64,000 nt of DNA from Yuukianura sp. NJ FZ-2021 (GCA_046563655.1 CM102286.1:4588001-4652000); one strand, 5' to 3'. Counted from the first letter of the stretch, positions 49,893 through 64,000 are shown. The notes: generated by a model not told the origin, from the sequence alone. A program made the numbers and translations.

Positions 49893-52800
49893 TGTTCCTG
49901 ACCTGACCTGACCCCTTTGAGGCACAACAATGAAATGAATGTTATCTGGCAAGATACTCACTTCCTTATTCCAGGTTCCGAAATTTTGAAACTTTCCGAA
50001 CCAAAAATGAATGAAGCCACTTTTAGACTCCAAATTCAAACGCTGAACTTTCACCGGGGGATGAAAAGGGCTCTTTGTACAAAGTGCAGAACCTTTTCCG
50101 AATTTAGTTTGCGGCTTATGAGTGATGAGTCACCACAAGTGAGAACGAAGTCATTGTTTTGTCTTAATCCTTTCCGAAATAATTATAAATTTAGAAGTGG
50201 TCAAAGGTCTAAACTTCAGTTTTAAGATTTTGAACAAGAGTATTGTAACAAGCACAACGTGCAACTATAGGGTCAGATGACCTCTGCCCAACAACGTTTA
50301 CTTTAGTGCGTTCAACTAAACAAGTTAGTCACTCCAGAAGTTATATCTTGGATGATAGGCAAAGAAAACTTGAATTGCGTGTTGTTTAATTGGAGTAGTA
50401 GATTTACACTAATTTTTTTGAAGTAGTAGCAGGGTATACTATGCCGTTGGCTTGATTCGTGAATGAATGGCTTGGAAATGAGTGAGTGAGGGGTGAGTTA
50501 CTGAAACTGATCTTTGAAAAATTCAAAAGAATCTTCAACGGCATCTTCTACGTTGGACCACAGATCAGTTCAAGAAAATTTTGGGCTGACTTTTCCGTTC
50601 AGAGCTCCGCCCTAGGGGAAGTCCTTCGGAAGTCTATTGCAATAAACCACAAATTGCATATTCAATAAAATTTTGAGATTCGAAAACTTTTGTTTTTTGA
50701 AAATCGTATAATTTTGAATTTAAGGTGAAGAAACGCAGAAAAAATACGACATTTAAAAAAATTGTGCACACATCGTTCACACAACAAAAGTTTTGTTGTC
50801 GAAAGAATGTTCAGAATTTGTAGTGGTTGAGATGAAAATTTTTTCAGAATTTTTTATTTGGTAACTCAGAATTTGTTGCAAGTTCATTGTACAACTTCGG
50901 CACAATTAGAAACAATGAATTCATGTTTTTGATTTTGGTCATTTGGTGCACAAGCAGCGTGTGGTCACTTTTATGAACTCGTCCCGCCAGATTTTGAAAC
51001 AAAGGTCATCATCAAATGGCATCTTGAATCGTGAAAACAAACATTCGAAGAGAAAGTTTATGTTTCACAAGTTTTGTTACGTAAGTGTTAGTTCTGTTTA
51101 CGCAAGTTTTTCAAGCGTGATTTCATAATTTGCAATTTGTGGCCTGAAAAATAGTTGATCTAATTATAAAACAGCGGGTAACTTTAAGGCCAGGAGCCCT
51201 TAAGGATGAAGCAAATTTAAAACCCAAGGGACGAAAATGTTATGTTCACAATAAACAAATGTAGTGTTTGGAGCGATGGAGGCTGAATCTAGGCTTCAAG
51301 GGCCTCCACGAAGGGACAGTGATGTGTGGGCATCTCGGATTTCCGAAAAAGGCGGGGGTCCCTTTTGACAATGGGAGTGTGACCCGATGACTTGTTCATC
51401 CTAGCATGAATTCGGATTCAAGAGTTCCCTGTTACATCGCACCCAATGTACATCTTTTAGTATATTGCATTTCCCTGGATCATAATTAGACCATTTTCAA
51501 GTCTTTTCAACTTATCGACTTCAAAAATCTGTTCAAACCGTTAATAAACTTGTCTGAAAAAACTGCCGACTTGGAAAGTTTGAAATTAGGTCACTGGATT
51601 CCAGATTCAGCACGCAGTAATAGGCTTGGCACAAGATTTACAGTTGGTGGTGGCGATTAATTTTAAGTTTTGCCGTTGTCATCAAAAATTTAAAGTTTTA
51701 GTTTTTTAATCAAAATAACACTGACCTAAAACACACCAAAACTGTACACTTCTTACTTTTAATCGCTGAATTCTGCATGATAATGTTTTGAATCCAAAAC
51801 AACTTATAATTTCCACTTTCTTTAAAAAGTTTGTGTCTCATGATTTCTTTCCTCGAAATCTTGAATTCAGTGGAAAAAACAAAAATAGCATTTTGTATTT
51901 TTTGTTGAATTTCATTCTGTAAAGTGCATTCTCAATTTTTTTTTTTGCTTTGACCTTACGATTTGAATTGTTTCATTGAGAAGATGTCAACTCAGCGCGT
52001 ATGCAACGGAACCTACATAAAACGCATCACGCTTTTTTGAAAGCTATCGTAACGTCGTAGTGTTTTGCTCCTCCGTGGCTTTATAAACTGACAAGATTTT
52101 GACGAAGGACAAGAAAATGCTGTTGATAAGAAGCCCTGTGTTTATCTTTGGCTTTGCCCATCCTCGACCTTTGACCTTCGTATCATGTGAGGTTCCAAGT
52201 GGGTTCAATGCCGGAGTGGAAGGATTCTATTGTAGGAACCTTGGAGGGAGTAACTAAAAGGCTCTGATTTTAGTTTTGAATTATTTAAGGGCCTCTACAT
52301 GGTGTACTTAAGGGTACTTGGCACTTGAGGAGCTTCGATTTGACATAGGTTTGGACTATAGAGTTTTTTTTCAGATGCAAAAGTTTGCTTCAGATTTTGG
52401 TTTCAGACTTTTGATGTTATCAAGGAAGATTTCCGAGTAGTATATAAAAGTATATTAAAAAGTTTAGGAATTGGAAGTCATTGGTTTTTTGAGGAAGGCA
52501 CAAGATCAGAATCACTTTTCACGGAAAATTTAACTCTGTAGAATTTGTCGCAATTAAGGATGAGGGCATGAGCTTCCAAAGTATGACTAGAAGTTTGAAC
52601 TGTTAAAAATCTTCCAAAACCCAACGAACATGGCGGAGACCCCGAAAAGTTACCCGGGTATCTTTGACTTGTCAACATATTTCCTCTGCCGATAAATCAT
52701 TCCTTTCCAACTAAATCTTTCCTGTCTAATTGTAACAGAGATACTAATGAGTCGTTCTAGCAGTCGGCATCTTTCAAATCCTCCCGCGGCAAGCCCACCC

Positions 52801-54702
52801 CTTTTCAACAAAAACGGAAAATCCAGACGGCGGTGCTAGAACCTGACTAGTGCAATTTTAAACAAACCAAAGAGTTTCAAAAGTTGTTTTAAATTCAATA
52901 TTAAAAAATCTTAATTTCAACTCTACAATATTGACCGGAGCGCGTATTATTGAAGTTCTGAAAACCAAAAGCCTAATTTTTGAATCCAGAGGGAAAGTGA
53001 CGCTCAGGAGAAAACTTTCTCTTTTAAAATTTTCGGTTTTCTGTTAGCACTTTCTCGAGAAATTGAGCAATTTCTTGGAACTTTGAGCTTGTTTCGCATA
53101 AAACCTTGTGTGAGTTGCGAAAATGGTGGTAATTGCACTGGGTTTGGGGTCGTTCCGGTCGAATTGCGACTGTAAAGTGAGGAGTAAACATTAGTCGGGT
53201 GCCAGGAGATCCGGATCGGCATCACCCAGAGCAGCCCAATTAAAAGGGAGCCGTCAAAGAGAACCGCTTGTTTATAAATACTCTCCCTTTGTCGGCCCAT
53301 TCCTTTTGAAGTGCTCACCCGGGAAAGCTACGAAGCGCAGAAGATGACTTGGAGCCCCACGGCTTGGAGACTCTCCGCACCGCCGCGGTCCAGGACAGCC
53401 TCCTCTTCCGGTCTTTATCAATGTGTCACCACCAAGGAAACAATTAATCAGTTACAGCTTCCACTGACCGCCCTGCTGCCTCTTGCGTCAGAGAAAGTTT
53501 TCAGACTATGGTGAATTTTAGCATTTCATATCAAGGAAGCACGTTTCTGAGAAACCACGTCTATATGTTGTGCCGGTAATGATATCATTTTGCCAAACCG
53601 TGTTTGGCAAAGGTATCGGCGCATGCAGCCAAAAACAATGAAAATGTGGAAAGTTTTATTACGTGTAGTTAAATAGTTTCGGGGAAAGCATCGTTCAGTG
53701 TGAGGAGAATTTTATTTTGCAATGATTTACTTTGAATTTACAATTCTGATGACCGAGAATTGAAGCGTGTTATTCGGCGTAACGAGTCCAAAATCTTTAC
53801 CCTTTTGGACAGTTCTGCTAAATGACAACGTTGCAACGGAAAAAACTTAGGGAGGTCATGTGGGGACATTTCGAGGTCAACATTAAAAAGCAAATCATTA
53901 ATTCATTATACCTTGTAAAAGGTGATGATGATGACTATTTGACCTCGTATTCCGATGTCCTATGCCTCATGCTACATGAGCTAATTTACGCTTGTGTTTT
54001 GCTCGAAATCAATTAAATTAACACAATTGAGTAATATAGGACAATCCTACAATTATATTATTCGTAATTATTAATCAATAATCGAAATTACTTCACTTTT
54101 GTCTAACTTAACAACCGAGATGGGTGTAAAAACTTAGAGTATATTTTGTGACTTGCCCGTCTATTCATTTCATTGGTTCTGTCCATAGTTGCTCTAGAGG
54201 AAGTTTTTGTACGACCCTACAGATGAGGCGAATGAAAAAAATAATTAATAAAAGTGAACCTAGTGTTAAAAGATTTGGAGTGAAGAGGAAGACAAAGAAG
54301 TTGCAATTGGAGTTTTCTCGTTTACTAATTTTGATTGCAATCGGAGTTAAATGGTAAGTAATTGAATGTCTGATAATCGATATTGCTCATTGTTGATCAT
54401 TGTTGAAGCTGGAGGTTTTATTTTGCACGTTTCAGATGAAGTTCAGTTTGACATAATTCAATCTAATAACATGGAAGCCGGTCCCTTTCCATAGGGTATA
54501 TCGTCACCTACTACATCCTCGCGACGTCGATCCGTTTGCTCCCTCCAACGTAGAAGGTAAACGTGTGTTACAAAGAGGCAGTATCAATTGGTCAATAGAG
54601 AAATCAACCAGGTACGACTTGATGATTTTTGATGGCCGCTCTGTGCTTTAAATGTGTTCTGTATGAATAGTTTGAGACGTCTTTGTTATTGGAGAATCCA
54701 AT

Positions 54703-57700
54703 ATGCCAGGCGTTGGCAGAGGTCAATGGAAGAATTCTGGAGGCGGCGGTGGAGGTCGTCGTGGTCGTGGAGGCGGTGGTGGAAACCAATGGCAAAACAA
54801 CAGCAATAATTTCAATCAGGTAGTTTGTGTTAACTGTTTATGAGAAAACGTTCCATTCAATTTAGAAAGCCGTGTTTGTTTAACTGGAGAAGGTTAACTT
54901 GTTTACTACAATTCATAACTTTCTAGAGCGCAGCCAAGGGCCCCCCTCCACGACCGCTATTACAAACACAAATATCGCCTCCTGCACATTACGCTAATCA
55001 GAATCAAAACCAAATCGATCATCAACAGCAGTTCCGACAACAACAACAACAGCAGTTCCGACAACAACAACAACAACAGCATTCACCTTTCCAAAGACAA
55101 CAGCAGCAGCAAGTTTTCGTACAACCTCAAGCACAAAGTCAGGGTCAGGGAATTGGTACTGGTACGAACCAAATGTATCGAGGATCAAATCCTGCATTTA
55201 ATATTCAAGGCCAAAGCCAATTGCCGGGTGCCCAGAACCAGATGCAACTTTTCGCCCTGCAACAACAGGCTATGGCATACGCCAATCCCAATATGAACCA
55301 AGAATTTAGACAGCAAGTTATGACGCAGTCGCAGCCACAACAGACTTTTGTCGCGCAAAATTATTTACAACAACAGGTTCCGAGCTTGGTCCAACAGCAA
55401 CCGCAAACTGTTACACAACAGGGGCAACTTTTTAACAATCAGCAACAGTTATTCCAACAGCAACAGCAAATGTATAATGTACAGCAACAGCAGTCACTCC
55501 AACTGCAACAGCAAACACAACAACCGCAGCAAGCATTCACACAGCAGCAGCAGTCGCTTAATCAACAGTGGTTGCTTAATCCAGCAAGTCAAATCGCGGG
55601 TTTTTCAAATATTCCTGCTACTCTTCCGAATTTATTTGGTAAATTACTACAAAATTAGTAATTATTTATAACACTCGCTAAGTACTATCAGAAGGTTTGT
55701 TTATGAATACAAACATTTTGTTTAGGAGGTGTCCAACCACCGTTGCCCCCAACTCCAGCTCCACCGCCGCCACCCGTCAGCCTCACTACTCCTACTAATC
55801 CTCCTCCGCCTCCAGAAGAGCCTAAATCAGATAAGCATGATTTAGGCAGAATCAGGTCAACAAATCTTCCAGGTTTACTGGAGATAATTGCCGGAAAAAG
55901 TAAAGATGGAAGCAAGATACCCGGGTTGGATTTGGAACCAGCACCATCTCCAACCCCAAAACAGGCAGTAGAAGTTGGAAGCGACTCGAAGGACGACACT
56001 AAAAAGATAGACGAAGCCACTAATTCAGAGACGACCGTGAATAAACTGCAACCACCAGAGATAACTATTGAAGACGACCCGCCTACAGAACCTCCAGTGC
56101 CAGTCTCTGTACCCGCTACGGCTGTAATTGTTACACAATCCGAATCTGAGCCAGTAACTGTACCTCCAGTTGCTGTTGCGCCCATACTTGAAGCTTCGGT
56201 GACTTCAGGAACCTCATCTGATGCTAATGGAGGTATTACTGCTTCCAATGCCCCAGTTTTTTTGGAATCACAATCCGCCCCGGTCCCTCACCTTACAGGA
56301 ACTGACCAAAGCAGTACGGGGACAGCACCAAGTAATACTGGTGAGACTACGAATACTACAAAAGGGGCTTTATTGGCTTTCGATAAAAAGTTTCGAGAAT
56401 GGGAGAAGCAGTTCGAGGATTGGAAAAAATCAAGTAGTGGTCATCCTGACAAGGTGGCTTACAGGAAATACCTTGCGCAGTGGGAATCTATGCGAGAACA
56501 ACTGGTACAGCAGAGACGGTTCATTATTGAAAATATTAACAAAGACCGTGGTGACATGCCCAGTGCTTCAACCGCAGCTTCATTGCCGCTGAAGAATTGG
56601 AATAGTGAGGCACCAACTTTTGTTGCTCCAAATCCAATGACACGTAAGTAAATTATTACCCGATTTGTATCAGCTTACAGTATTCCTGAACGCAAATGTT
56701 TCATTGATCATTTTTTTAGAGCCTACTCAAGGAATCGAAAATGCTTCTGGAAACCAATTCAACCAATTTAATGCAGCACCATTGCAGAATGTACTTCCAC
56801 AGACTTCTCAAATAGACACATCTTCATTTCCCGCAATTGATGCCCCTAAACATTCTCAACCAGCAACGAAAGATCCTTATGAGATAAGGGATTTGTCGAA
56901 ATTGATTCAGAATCCATTTGCCGTCACTGGCGGGCCAATTCCATTCGAACAGCGACGATTTCTCCAACCGCAGCAGATGAAGACACAAATCCCGCCACAG
57001 CATTCCCATTCCCAAGGACGGGGAAGTTTACATGACAACTCATTGGACACAAGAGGAAGTGGTGGAAGGCCAGAGTCTCCTGTACATCGGGTATCTAGAA
57101 CGGTACAACATTCTATATTTTATAAACTATCTTAAGTATTATTTTCTTAGTGCTAATGCTAACGTTTATCTTTGTGCTACTATTTTTGAAATAGCCACAT
57201 GACGACAACCATTCCGCGGATCTTAGCGACGACTACAAGAAATATGAACCAGACTTTGAAAATGAAAAATTTTCAAGAAACATTGATCATCGTAACAGAC
57301 TTCAACAAGACTCATTTCAACGTGACCAGTATGGTTCCCGTCGACCGCCTTTCGATGACCAATTTCATCAGGATGAGCCACAAGAAATGTTCACAAGGAA
57401 CAAGCCTTCGAACTACGGATTTCAAAATGCATCTCATCACGGAGGGCCTCTCAGTTCTTCCCGTTCTAGTGATTCGTTCCAATTGAATCGCCCATCTGAC
57501 ACCCGTTCTGGATTTACGTCGCAATTTGGGAATCCTACATCAGCTGAGCGCGAGAATAGAAATAGAGAAGACTTTCTACAACGCCCTGCAGACGAGCCTT
57601 CAACCGACTTTGAGTTTTCTAGGAGAGACGACATCGGGAAAACTGAAGAGGCAGATGCCTTAGGCGGCCCGGTGACATTTGACTATGGACATGGTAGTAA

Positions 57701-60700
57701 TCCAATTGCGGCAGACACAGAAGCTATGTTTTCCAGGGATAGAAACGTGGGATCTAGTTTTCTCAACAAACCTACGGATGATGACAATGAACCGGTGACT
57801 TTTGACTATGGACACGGAACTACTTCACCTGTACCCGGTACTTGTTACATTCATTACAGTAGTTCTGACAAGTTTCTTCTTAATTTCCGAGTTGTGTCGC
57901 TCAATTCGTTTTTTTTTGTTTAGTTGCATCCGATTCACTTATGGAACCCCCTGTGGAAGAAGAGTTAGACAGTTATCACGATCGATATCAGGATCCACCG
58001 AATGAACCAGTGGAAGAGGAATACTACTTTCACGGACCTCCGCCATTTTACCATGACGACATCCCACCTCATGACTGGGGATTCCATGGTGGACGCGGAA
58101 TGTTTCGCGGAAGAGGAATGCCACCTATGCGAGGATTTCCTCCGGGACGGCCACCATTTCGCCCGCCATATCCAGGAATGTATTACGACGACTTTGGATA
58201 TCCATACCCGCCAGGGCCAAGATTTCGACCTCCGTTTTTTCGTGGTCCAGGGCCTCGTTTCTTTGGACCAGGGCCTCCACCACCCGAAGCGTTCTACCCT
58301 CCCGACATGCATAGACCGTCACGTCCTCTATTTCCTATAACAGAATTCGAGAGGCCCGCCAGAATTGCTCCGCCGCCTGAAGCTGAAATCATTCCATTAA
58401 GTACTCCAGAATTACGCCAAGCACCACCGAGGGATCTGGAACCGATATCGCCCGAGGGATCTCCGAAAGGAAGTAGTAATAGCGGTGATTCGAAGGATCG
58501 TGGACGTACGAAATCACGAAGTGAAAGAGAACGGCAACGAAGTTCTAGTCGGGACAAAGAACGCAGCAGTGATAGAAGTCGCAGACATATTGAGAGAAGA
58601 AGTGAACGCGAGGTAAGTCCAGTTTCGCGCCGAAGACATGATTCAAGTCCGCGTCCACGAATTAGGAGAAACCGTAGTCGAAGCCGAAGTCCACGCGAAC
58701 GTTACGAGCGTGAACGTGATTACCGTCGGACGTCACCGGTTGATCGAAGGGGTTTTGGGTGAGTCATGATTTCGATTTCATCTTTTAATTCGTAACAAAT
58801 CCAAGCCAGTTTTGAATTTTTGAACAAAAACGCCGAATATCGGTGTTTGATTTTTTTCACATCCCCTAACCTTACCTGATTTTCCTAATGCCTTGGGATT
58901 CAATGTGTTCAGATGTGTCTAAAAGTGTTTGTGTAAAAAGTGTTACATTTGTGCTGATTGAATTGAAATCTGCAGTGGAAGACGTTCTTCCCCTACATCA
59001 TCTTCTCGTCCAATGCTAATAGAAGAAATTCTGAATCTTCCTGGAAGAAAGAAGAGACCTTCACAGATTGTTATTGTGCTCAGAGGTTTACCTGGGTCAG
59101 GAAAAACTCATGTCGCCAAACTTATTAAGGCAAGTCTCTCATCAATCTGACATAGTAAATTGATTTGACAGCATCTAGCATTTGATATTTGTTTTGTATT
59201 AGGATCGTGAGACTGAATTCGGAGACAGTGCTCCACGCATCTTATCTCTGGACGACTACTTTATGACTGGAGAAGTTAAGAAGACTGTGAAAGATCCAGT
59301 GACTGGAAAAGAAACGAAAGAAAGTGTATCCACTTATGAATACGATGCTGATCTCGAAAACGGTTATCGAAACGACATGTTCAAAACGTTTCGGAAAACG
59401 ATCGAAGCGGGATACTTCCGTTTTATAATTTTGGATTGTGTAAATGACAAGTTCAAGCACTTTCAAGAAATGACCAACTTTGCCAAAGCTAAGCGGTTTC
59501 AGGTAAGAAATTCTGACAATTCATAGTAATTCAATTGACGTGGAATGTTAACATTTGGTCCTTGCCAGGTATATGTGGTAGAAATGGAAGGAAAAGCGGA
59601 AGAGTGTGCCAAAAGGAATATCCATAATCGAACTTTGGCTGAAATTAAAGAAATTGAGAGGAACTGGGAAAGAACGCCATACCAATTCACGAAACTTGAC
59701 GTACGAAATCTTCTTCAGGATCAGGATGTGATTAATGTAAGTCAGCAATTGCATATTTTCAATCTGAAAGAAACCTTGGGGGTACGTTTAGAGTCGAGTC
59801 AAAAAGTCTGCTAATTAAGCAGCGAAAGCTAGTTTATGTATCCATCTTGTCCGTCTGTCTGGCCAGCCGGCCATCGACGTAAATTATCTCGAAAACGGCT
59901 CAACATTTCCGGGATCTGTTTTCGCCGGTAGAGAACTAGTGAGTCGGAGATGTTCACTACTGAATATCACCGCGGTGGGTCAACTCCTTCTGGGTCAAAG
60001 GTCAAGGTCAACCGGTTTCACCTCCGGTAAAATGAAAAATGACCTATACAAACGTTGTTCATCTCTTCGCGGCAAGCAACTTTTTTTGGATCTCATGTTA
60101 CCTTAAGTGACCTCCTTCCGGGTCAAAGGTCGACTTTTTTTCGGCGTTATATTAAATCTTATTTTTTATGGGTATTCTTGGTAGGTGGAAATGGAGGATG
60201 TATCAGACGAGGATAACTTGCCAGAGGGAGACACAAGTGCTGAAGTAATCGAAATTGAAGATGTAAGTTTTTCAAGAATTTCTATAAAATATATTTCCTT
60301 AGAAGTTATAAACAATTGGAATTGCAGAGTTACATAGCGAGAACAAGGTACTATATATTTTCGTTTGATTTATGTAAGTTTTCTTTTGGGTGATGCTTAC
60401 GACTTTTTTTTTCGAAAACTATTTAAAATCCATATGCTTATAGTATACTTATGGAATTCCGCATATGGGTGGGGAGGGGATTTGAGAATTGTTATTTTAT
60501 GACGATTTAGCGAAATGAAGAGTCCGCTCCTAGCGACTTTTGTTCAGACTCACGTCAGATTGTTCAAAATTCAAATTCAAAGTTAATTCAAACGCTCCAG
60601 TATCCAGTAGTTTTGTTGTACTAGTGTGAGTTTGAGTTTAAGTTTTTGATCCTGCACGACAATACGGAACTCACTACCACTTACTGGAATTGACTTACAA

Positions 60701-61387
60701 GCAAGAAGTTTACAGCAAGAATTGCAAGTTCGGAAAGGATTCCGGTCTGCCGAAATTGCCGTACAATCGTTCTGGTAGACTTTTTCCGCAGTTGAGTTGA
60801 GCGACGGTAGTAAATAACGAAGTTGAAGGTTCACGATTCTGGATTACAGATAATTAATACGTAAAAGTTCCATGTATTGTCCAGCGTCTACAACTAATGT
60901 CTGTTTACAGGAGGATGAGCCTTGGGCTACAAGCAAGTGGGAGACCTCGGAGGACAAATTGAGTGAGTTAACAACAATTTCTTAAGAAAACGAAATGTAT
61001 AATTAATAACCTTAACATTACTCATTTATACTCTCAGATAAACTGGACGGACTTGCGAAAAGACACAAGAATGCTGATTCGGACGAAGAAAGTGAGGCTC
61101 CGCAGAGCCTTGAGAAATGGTTGCAAATGCACGTACCCGACGACTACTCGTATCGCCGTGATACTCAACCCGGCAAGAAGCGAGTGAGTAAATTCTATTG
61201 TTTTATTTCTAAGAACGGTTAATTTGTTACTTCGTTTTTATCTCCGGATAAGGTTCGTTGGGCTGATATTGAAGCACGAAGGGAACAAGAACGTGCAAGA
61301 GAAATTGGTTTTGTTGTCGGTCACACTGATTGGTCTCAAGTGGGGAAAGATGCAAGTTCTGCCCTTACGAGAACAAAGTACATCTAA
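54703..61387 (+). CDS. YLPM1: YLP motif-containing protein 1 (ZAP3)-like, multi-exon
   Basis: Gly/Gln/Pro/RS-rich N-terminus; P-loop IVIVLRGLPGSGKTHVAKLIK; RILSLDDYF...YEYDADLE; C-terminal KKR|VRWADIE...IGFVVGHTDW with the PP1-docking RVxW motif. Confidence 0.9.
59815..60145. mobile_element. Probable non-autonomous Helentron/DINE-1-like insertion in a YLPM1 intron
   Basis: gtccgtctgtct microsatellite-like start, tatctcgaaaacggctc and ggtcaaaggtcaaggtca motifs, and an internal duplication ctccttcYgggtcaaaggtc (about 59984 and 60112). The host intron is much longer than its neighbours. Confidence 0.5.
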
Positions 61388-62153
61388 AGTGTTGTGTCAA
61401 CGACATCAGTTTCAAGAACGATATTTTGAAGTCAAGAATTCAAGTTTGAACTCAAGTGAAGAAGTTGATCCTCAAGTTTCGTGTTTTTAGAGTTTGAAGA
61501 TCAAAGTTTCACGAATTCGGATGCAGAACTTCTTTCACCTACATAAATCGTAGGTGTAACTTTTTAAGCTGTATTTAAATTATAAAAAGCAAGATTTTAA
61601 AAATGTTTTAGAAAATGGGAAACGGGGAACCTTATTATTAGTTGCGTATAAAAATTCTAATAATATTGAAAAAGGATAAGCTTAAACGGGGTGTTATTTA
61701 TTTCTACGTGGGATTTTTTTCAAGTGAATCCAGTGCAAAAAAAAATAGTTTTCTAAGCTGAGATCCGTTAGTTTTGTTGAATGAGGGAAGAATTGGCTGG
61801 ATTGTTTATTTCCATTTCAACAAAACTTTTCTAAAATTAACTTGCAATTAATTTATAAGCTGACCTAATTTTCTTGTTTCTACTCAAATTTATTTTGATC
61901 CCTAAAGTTGAAATAATTTGTTCTAAAATTGCCTCTCTATCTAAAAATGTGCTTACTGACAATAGTGTTTGTTTTTTATCGATATGCTTAAAGCTAAATA
62001 CTAAAGGGGAGTGGGGTAAATTTGTTTCTCCATTTTTCTTCAACGTGTATCTACGGGTGGCAACCTGTTTCTAACGTTTTAAAAATGTATGGATGGATAT
62101 TGAATGGATGTGAGTTTTGGGTTTTCGCGCAGTTTCGACTTGATGTTGAAATG

Positions 62154-63165
62154 TCAGCCAGTTGGAGTGAGCAGTAGAGTGGCATTTCTGCATTCGTTGA
62201 ATAGAACTCGGCATGACTTCCTTCGGGCTAGGACAAATCTTTCCTGTAGTAAACTATTCCCAACTCCAGCTTGATTTCTCACAGGAACAACGACGATTTT
62301 TCTAGAACGATTACGATGTTGGAAATACGTATTAACATAATATACGTTTTTCTATGTATTTCATAACTAAGATTATTAATTTACAAGGGATTTACCTTGC
62401 TAGTCCAAATGGTTGCTGGAAGTTGAGATTTAAGAAACGTTTCTTGGTCGCTTGAAGTCTCCGATAAAATACGCATGCGTATAACTGTACAACGCATTTG
62501 ACCGGCACGATCTGAATCGTTCTGTTTGCGTTCATTTGTCTTTTGAATCTGTTCAACTTCCAGTTTCGAATTTTGTCGGAATTGAAAATGTGACGCTTAT
62601 CCTGGAGTGTAGTGAAATTGAAAACTTGAGTGTCATTGTGATCATTCGGGTCGAACGTTATGGAGTGCGGAGTTTCTGTATCCAAATCGTCACTTCGCCT
62701 CTGTCTCTTCTTCCCGTTTGAATCAATATCATCGAAACTTGGTAATGTCCATGGTGAAGTATCCAGTGCTCTCCGTCTCCGACCTGGCATTGTCATATTA
62801 GTTGTAGGCATGCGAGTTCGAAGCAGCGACGTTTGAAGCAGATTTAGAAAGAAGAGAAATGACAGAAGGCCCAAAGCGGACACTGCGGCTGAACTTGGTC
62901 CAGCGTCATACTTTTCCCTGAAATTTTGACTCAAATTAAGGTACAGTAACTTAAAATTTTTGAATTTTCAATTTACCCCCAGCCCCAACCTCCTGTTGTT
63001 CCGAAAATTCTATCGCTGAAGGACGCTTCATGCGCAACAGGAACTTTTGGTGCATAGTTGTAGTACTCCCGGGGTCTTTCGGTCGTAATTTTCGGTGGTT
63101 CGTAAAGGTGGGGCGGGTAGTAGTAGTCTTGAAACCGGTTGAGTCCATGCAATGGAGACGCCTGA
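62154..63165 (-). CDS. Uncharacterised protein, 3' exons only; 5' end not resolved
   Basis: Three GT-AG exons: FQDYYYPPHLYEPP...GGWGWG, then AAVSALGLLSFLFFLNLLQ (hydrophobic) with RRRR/RQRR/FKR basic sites, and a Cys-containing last exon ending at TGA 62154. Confidence 0.6.
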
Positions 63166-64000
63166 CTAAAATTTTGGAATCCCAGTTCCATCATTTCGAA
63201 ATTTCAAATTAGACTTTTTTGAATTTCTACAGTACCGTTTTCAACGGAAATTGGAACAACACTGAGCCTGGTTGACTAAGCGTCAGCGTTTCAAATCCAG
63301 ATGAAATTGCGAACTTGTATTATAAAATTGGGGTTTCGATGATTATAAAAGGGTGGGTTCATCTTAAAAAGTTCGCATGTTGTCGTTTTGTTGTTGAAGT
63401 GTACATCTTCCGTAGTATGTGTATGTTGGCGTGATTTGGATTAAAACTGTCTAGAATTAGCAAACGGTTACAATTGTTCAGGCTCCAATTCCAACATAAT
63501 TGTTAGTGTCATACATTTGCTTTACGGTGTGGACTCAAACGGGGAAATGTCGCTCATCCTCGGTGGAATAATATTTGGAACTTGTCCAACAATCATAACA
63601 ATTTGTTAAGTTAGATTGCAATTTGCTAAAAGTTAGAGTGCAATTTGTCCACCTATTTGTCTTTGTAATTGTAACGGGTCGGTTACGCTTTAGTAGTGCT
63701 TTGGTGAGACTATTTGTTTTAATATTTGATGTAATATTTCAAGCTTCAATAGAATTTTTAGGTTTCGGTTACATGCAAAATATGACCCACTTTCCGTCTG
63801 TTGAACCTGCAAAAATTGTTTCCTGTGATAGGTTAGCGTAGAATAGCAACTCCTACATTCCAGGTAACTTTCCCTTTGAACAAATTGTTCCGGGCCTTTG
63901 TATAATACGTGATCTGATCATGCCAATCAGATCTAATTTTAGAAACATAACTTAACAGTATATTTTATTTTAACATTCAAAACCATAAGGCTTCACTACT

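Noticed and set aside
53589..53611. Short hairpins (also 556-578 and 50781-50799)
   Set aside because: Stems of 8-10 bp are expected by chance in AT-rich DNA of this length.
55010..55560. CAA/CAG repeats as a separate repeat element
   Set aside because: They encode the Gln-rich region of YLPM1.
55688..58557. Long minus-strand ORFs opposite YLPM1
   Set aside because: Antisense shadows of Pro/Ser/Arg-rich coding exons.
63235..64000. Upstream coding exon of the last gene
   Set aside because: No convincing open minus-strand frame was found; left unannotated.

Overview
Eukaryotic genomic DNA from a gene-dense, AT-rich invertebrate with very short GT-AG introns. An arthropod, possibly a springtail or other basal hexapod, is inferred from gene content and intron size; the organism is not established. 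Conserved spliced genes, in order: FAM13-like, HDDC2, MRPS28, a matrin-type zinc-finger gene, an acyl-CoA Delta9-type desaturase, two C2H2 zinc-finger genes, a CBM14-CBM14-GH18 chitinase, a HOIL-1/RBCK1-like RBR ligase, DPH5, SoxE, YLPM1 and a partial unknown gene. An accessory island at about 15.7-25.9 kb is a mosaic of gene fragments. It holds a ~570-bp tandem repeat nested in a ~4.3-kb-period duplication, an ORC2-like two-exon fragment abutting a disrupted group A FAD monooxygenase (two differently damaged copies), a duplicated exon, a perfect heat-shock element array and two TA-flanked MITEs. The ORF track misses a 3-exon, 94-aa secreted precursor (signal peptide, acidic propiece, RVRR, His/Lys/Arg-rich peptide ending in Gly), a candidate antimicrobial or neuroendocrine peptide. 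The RBR ligase appears to have a duplicated RING1-IBR module, and its divergent promoter with DPH5 contains a perfect 65-bp palindrome. Exon boundaries were read by eye and homologies come from recalled motifs, not database searches.
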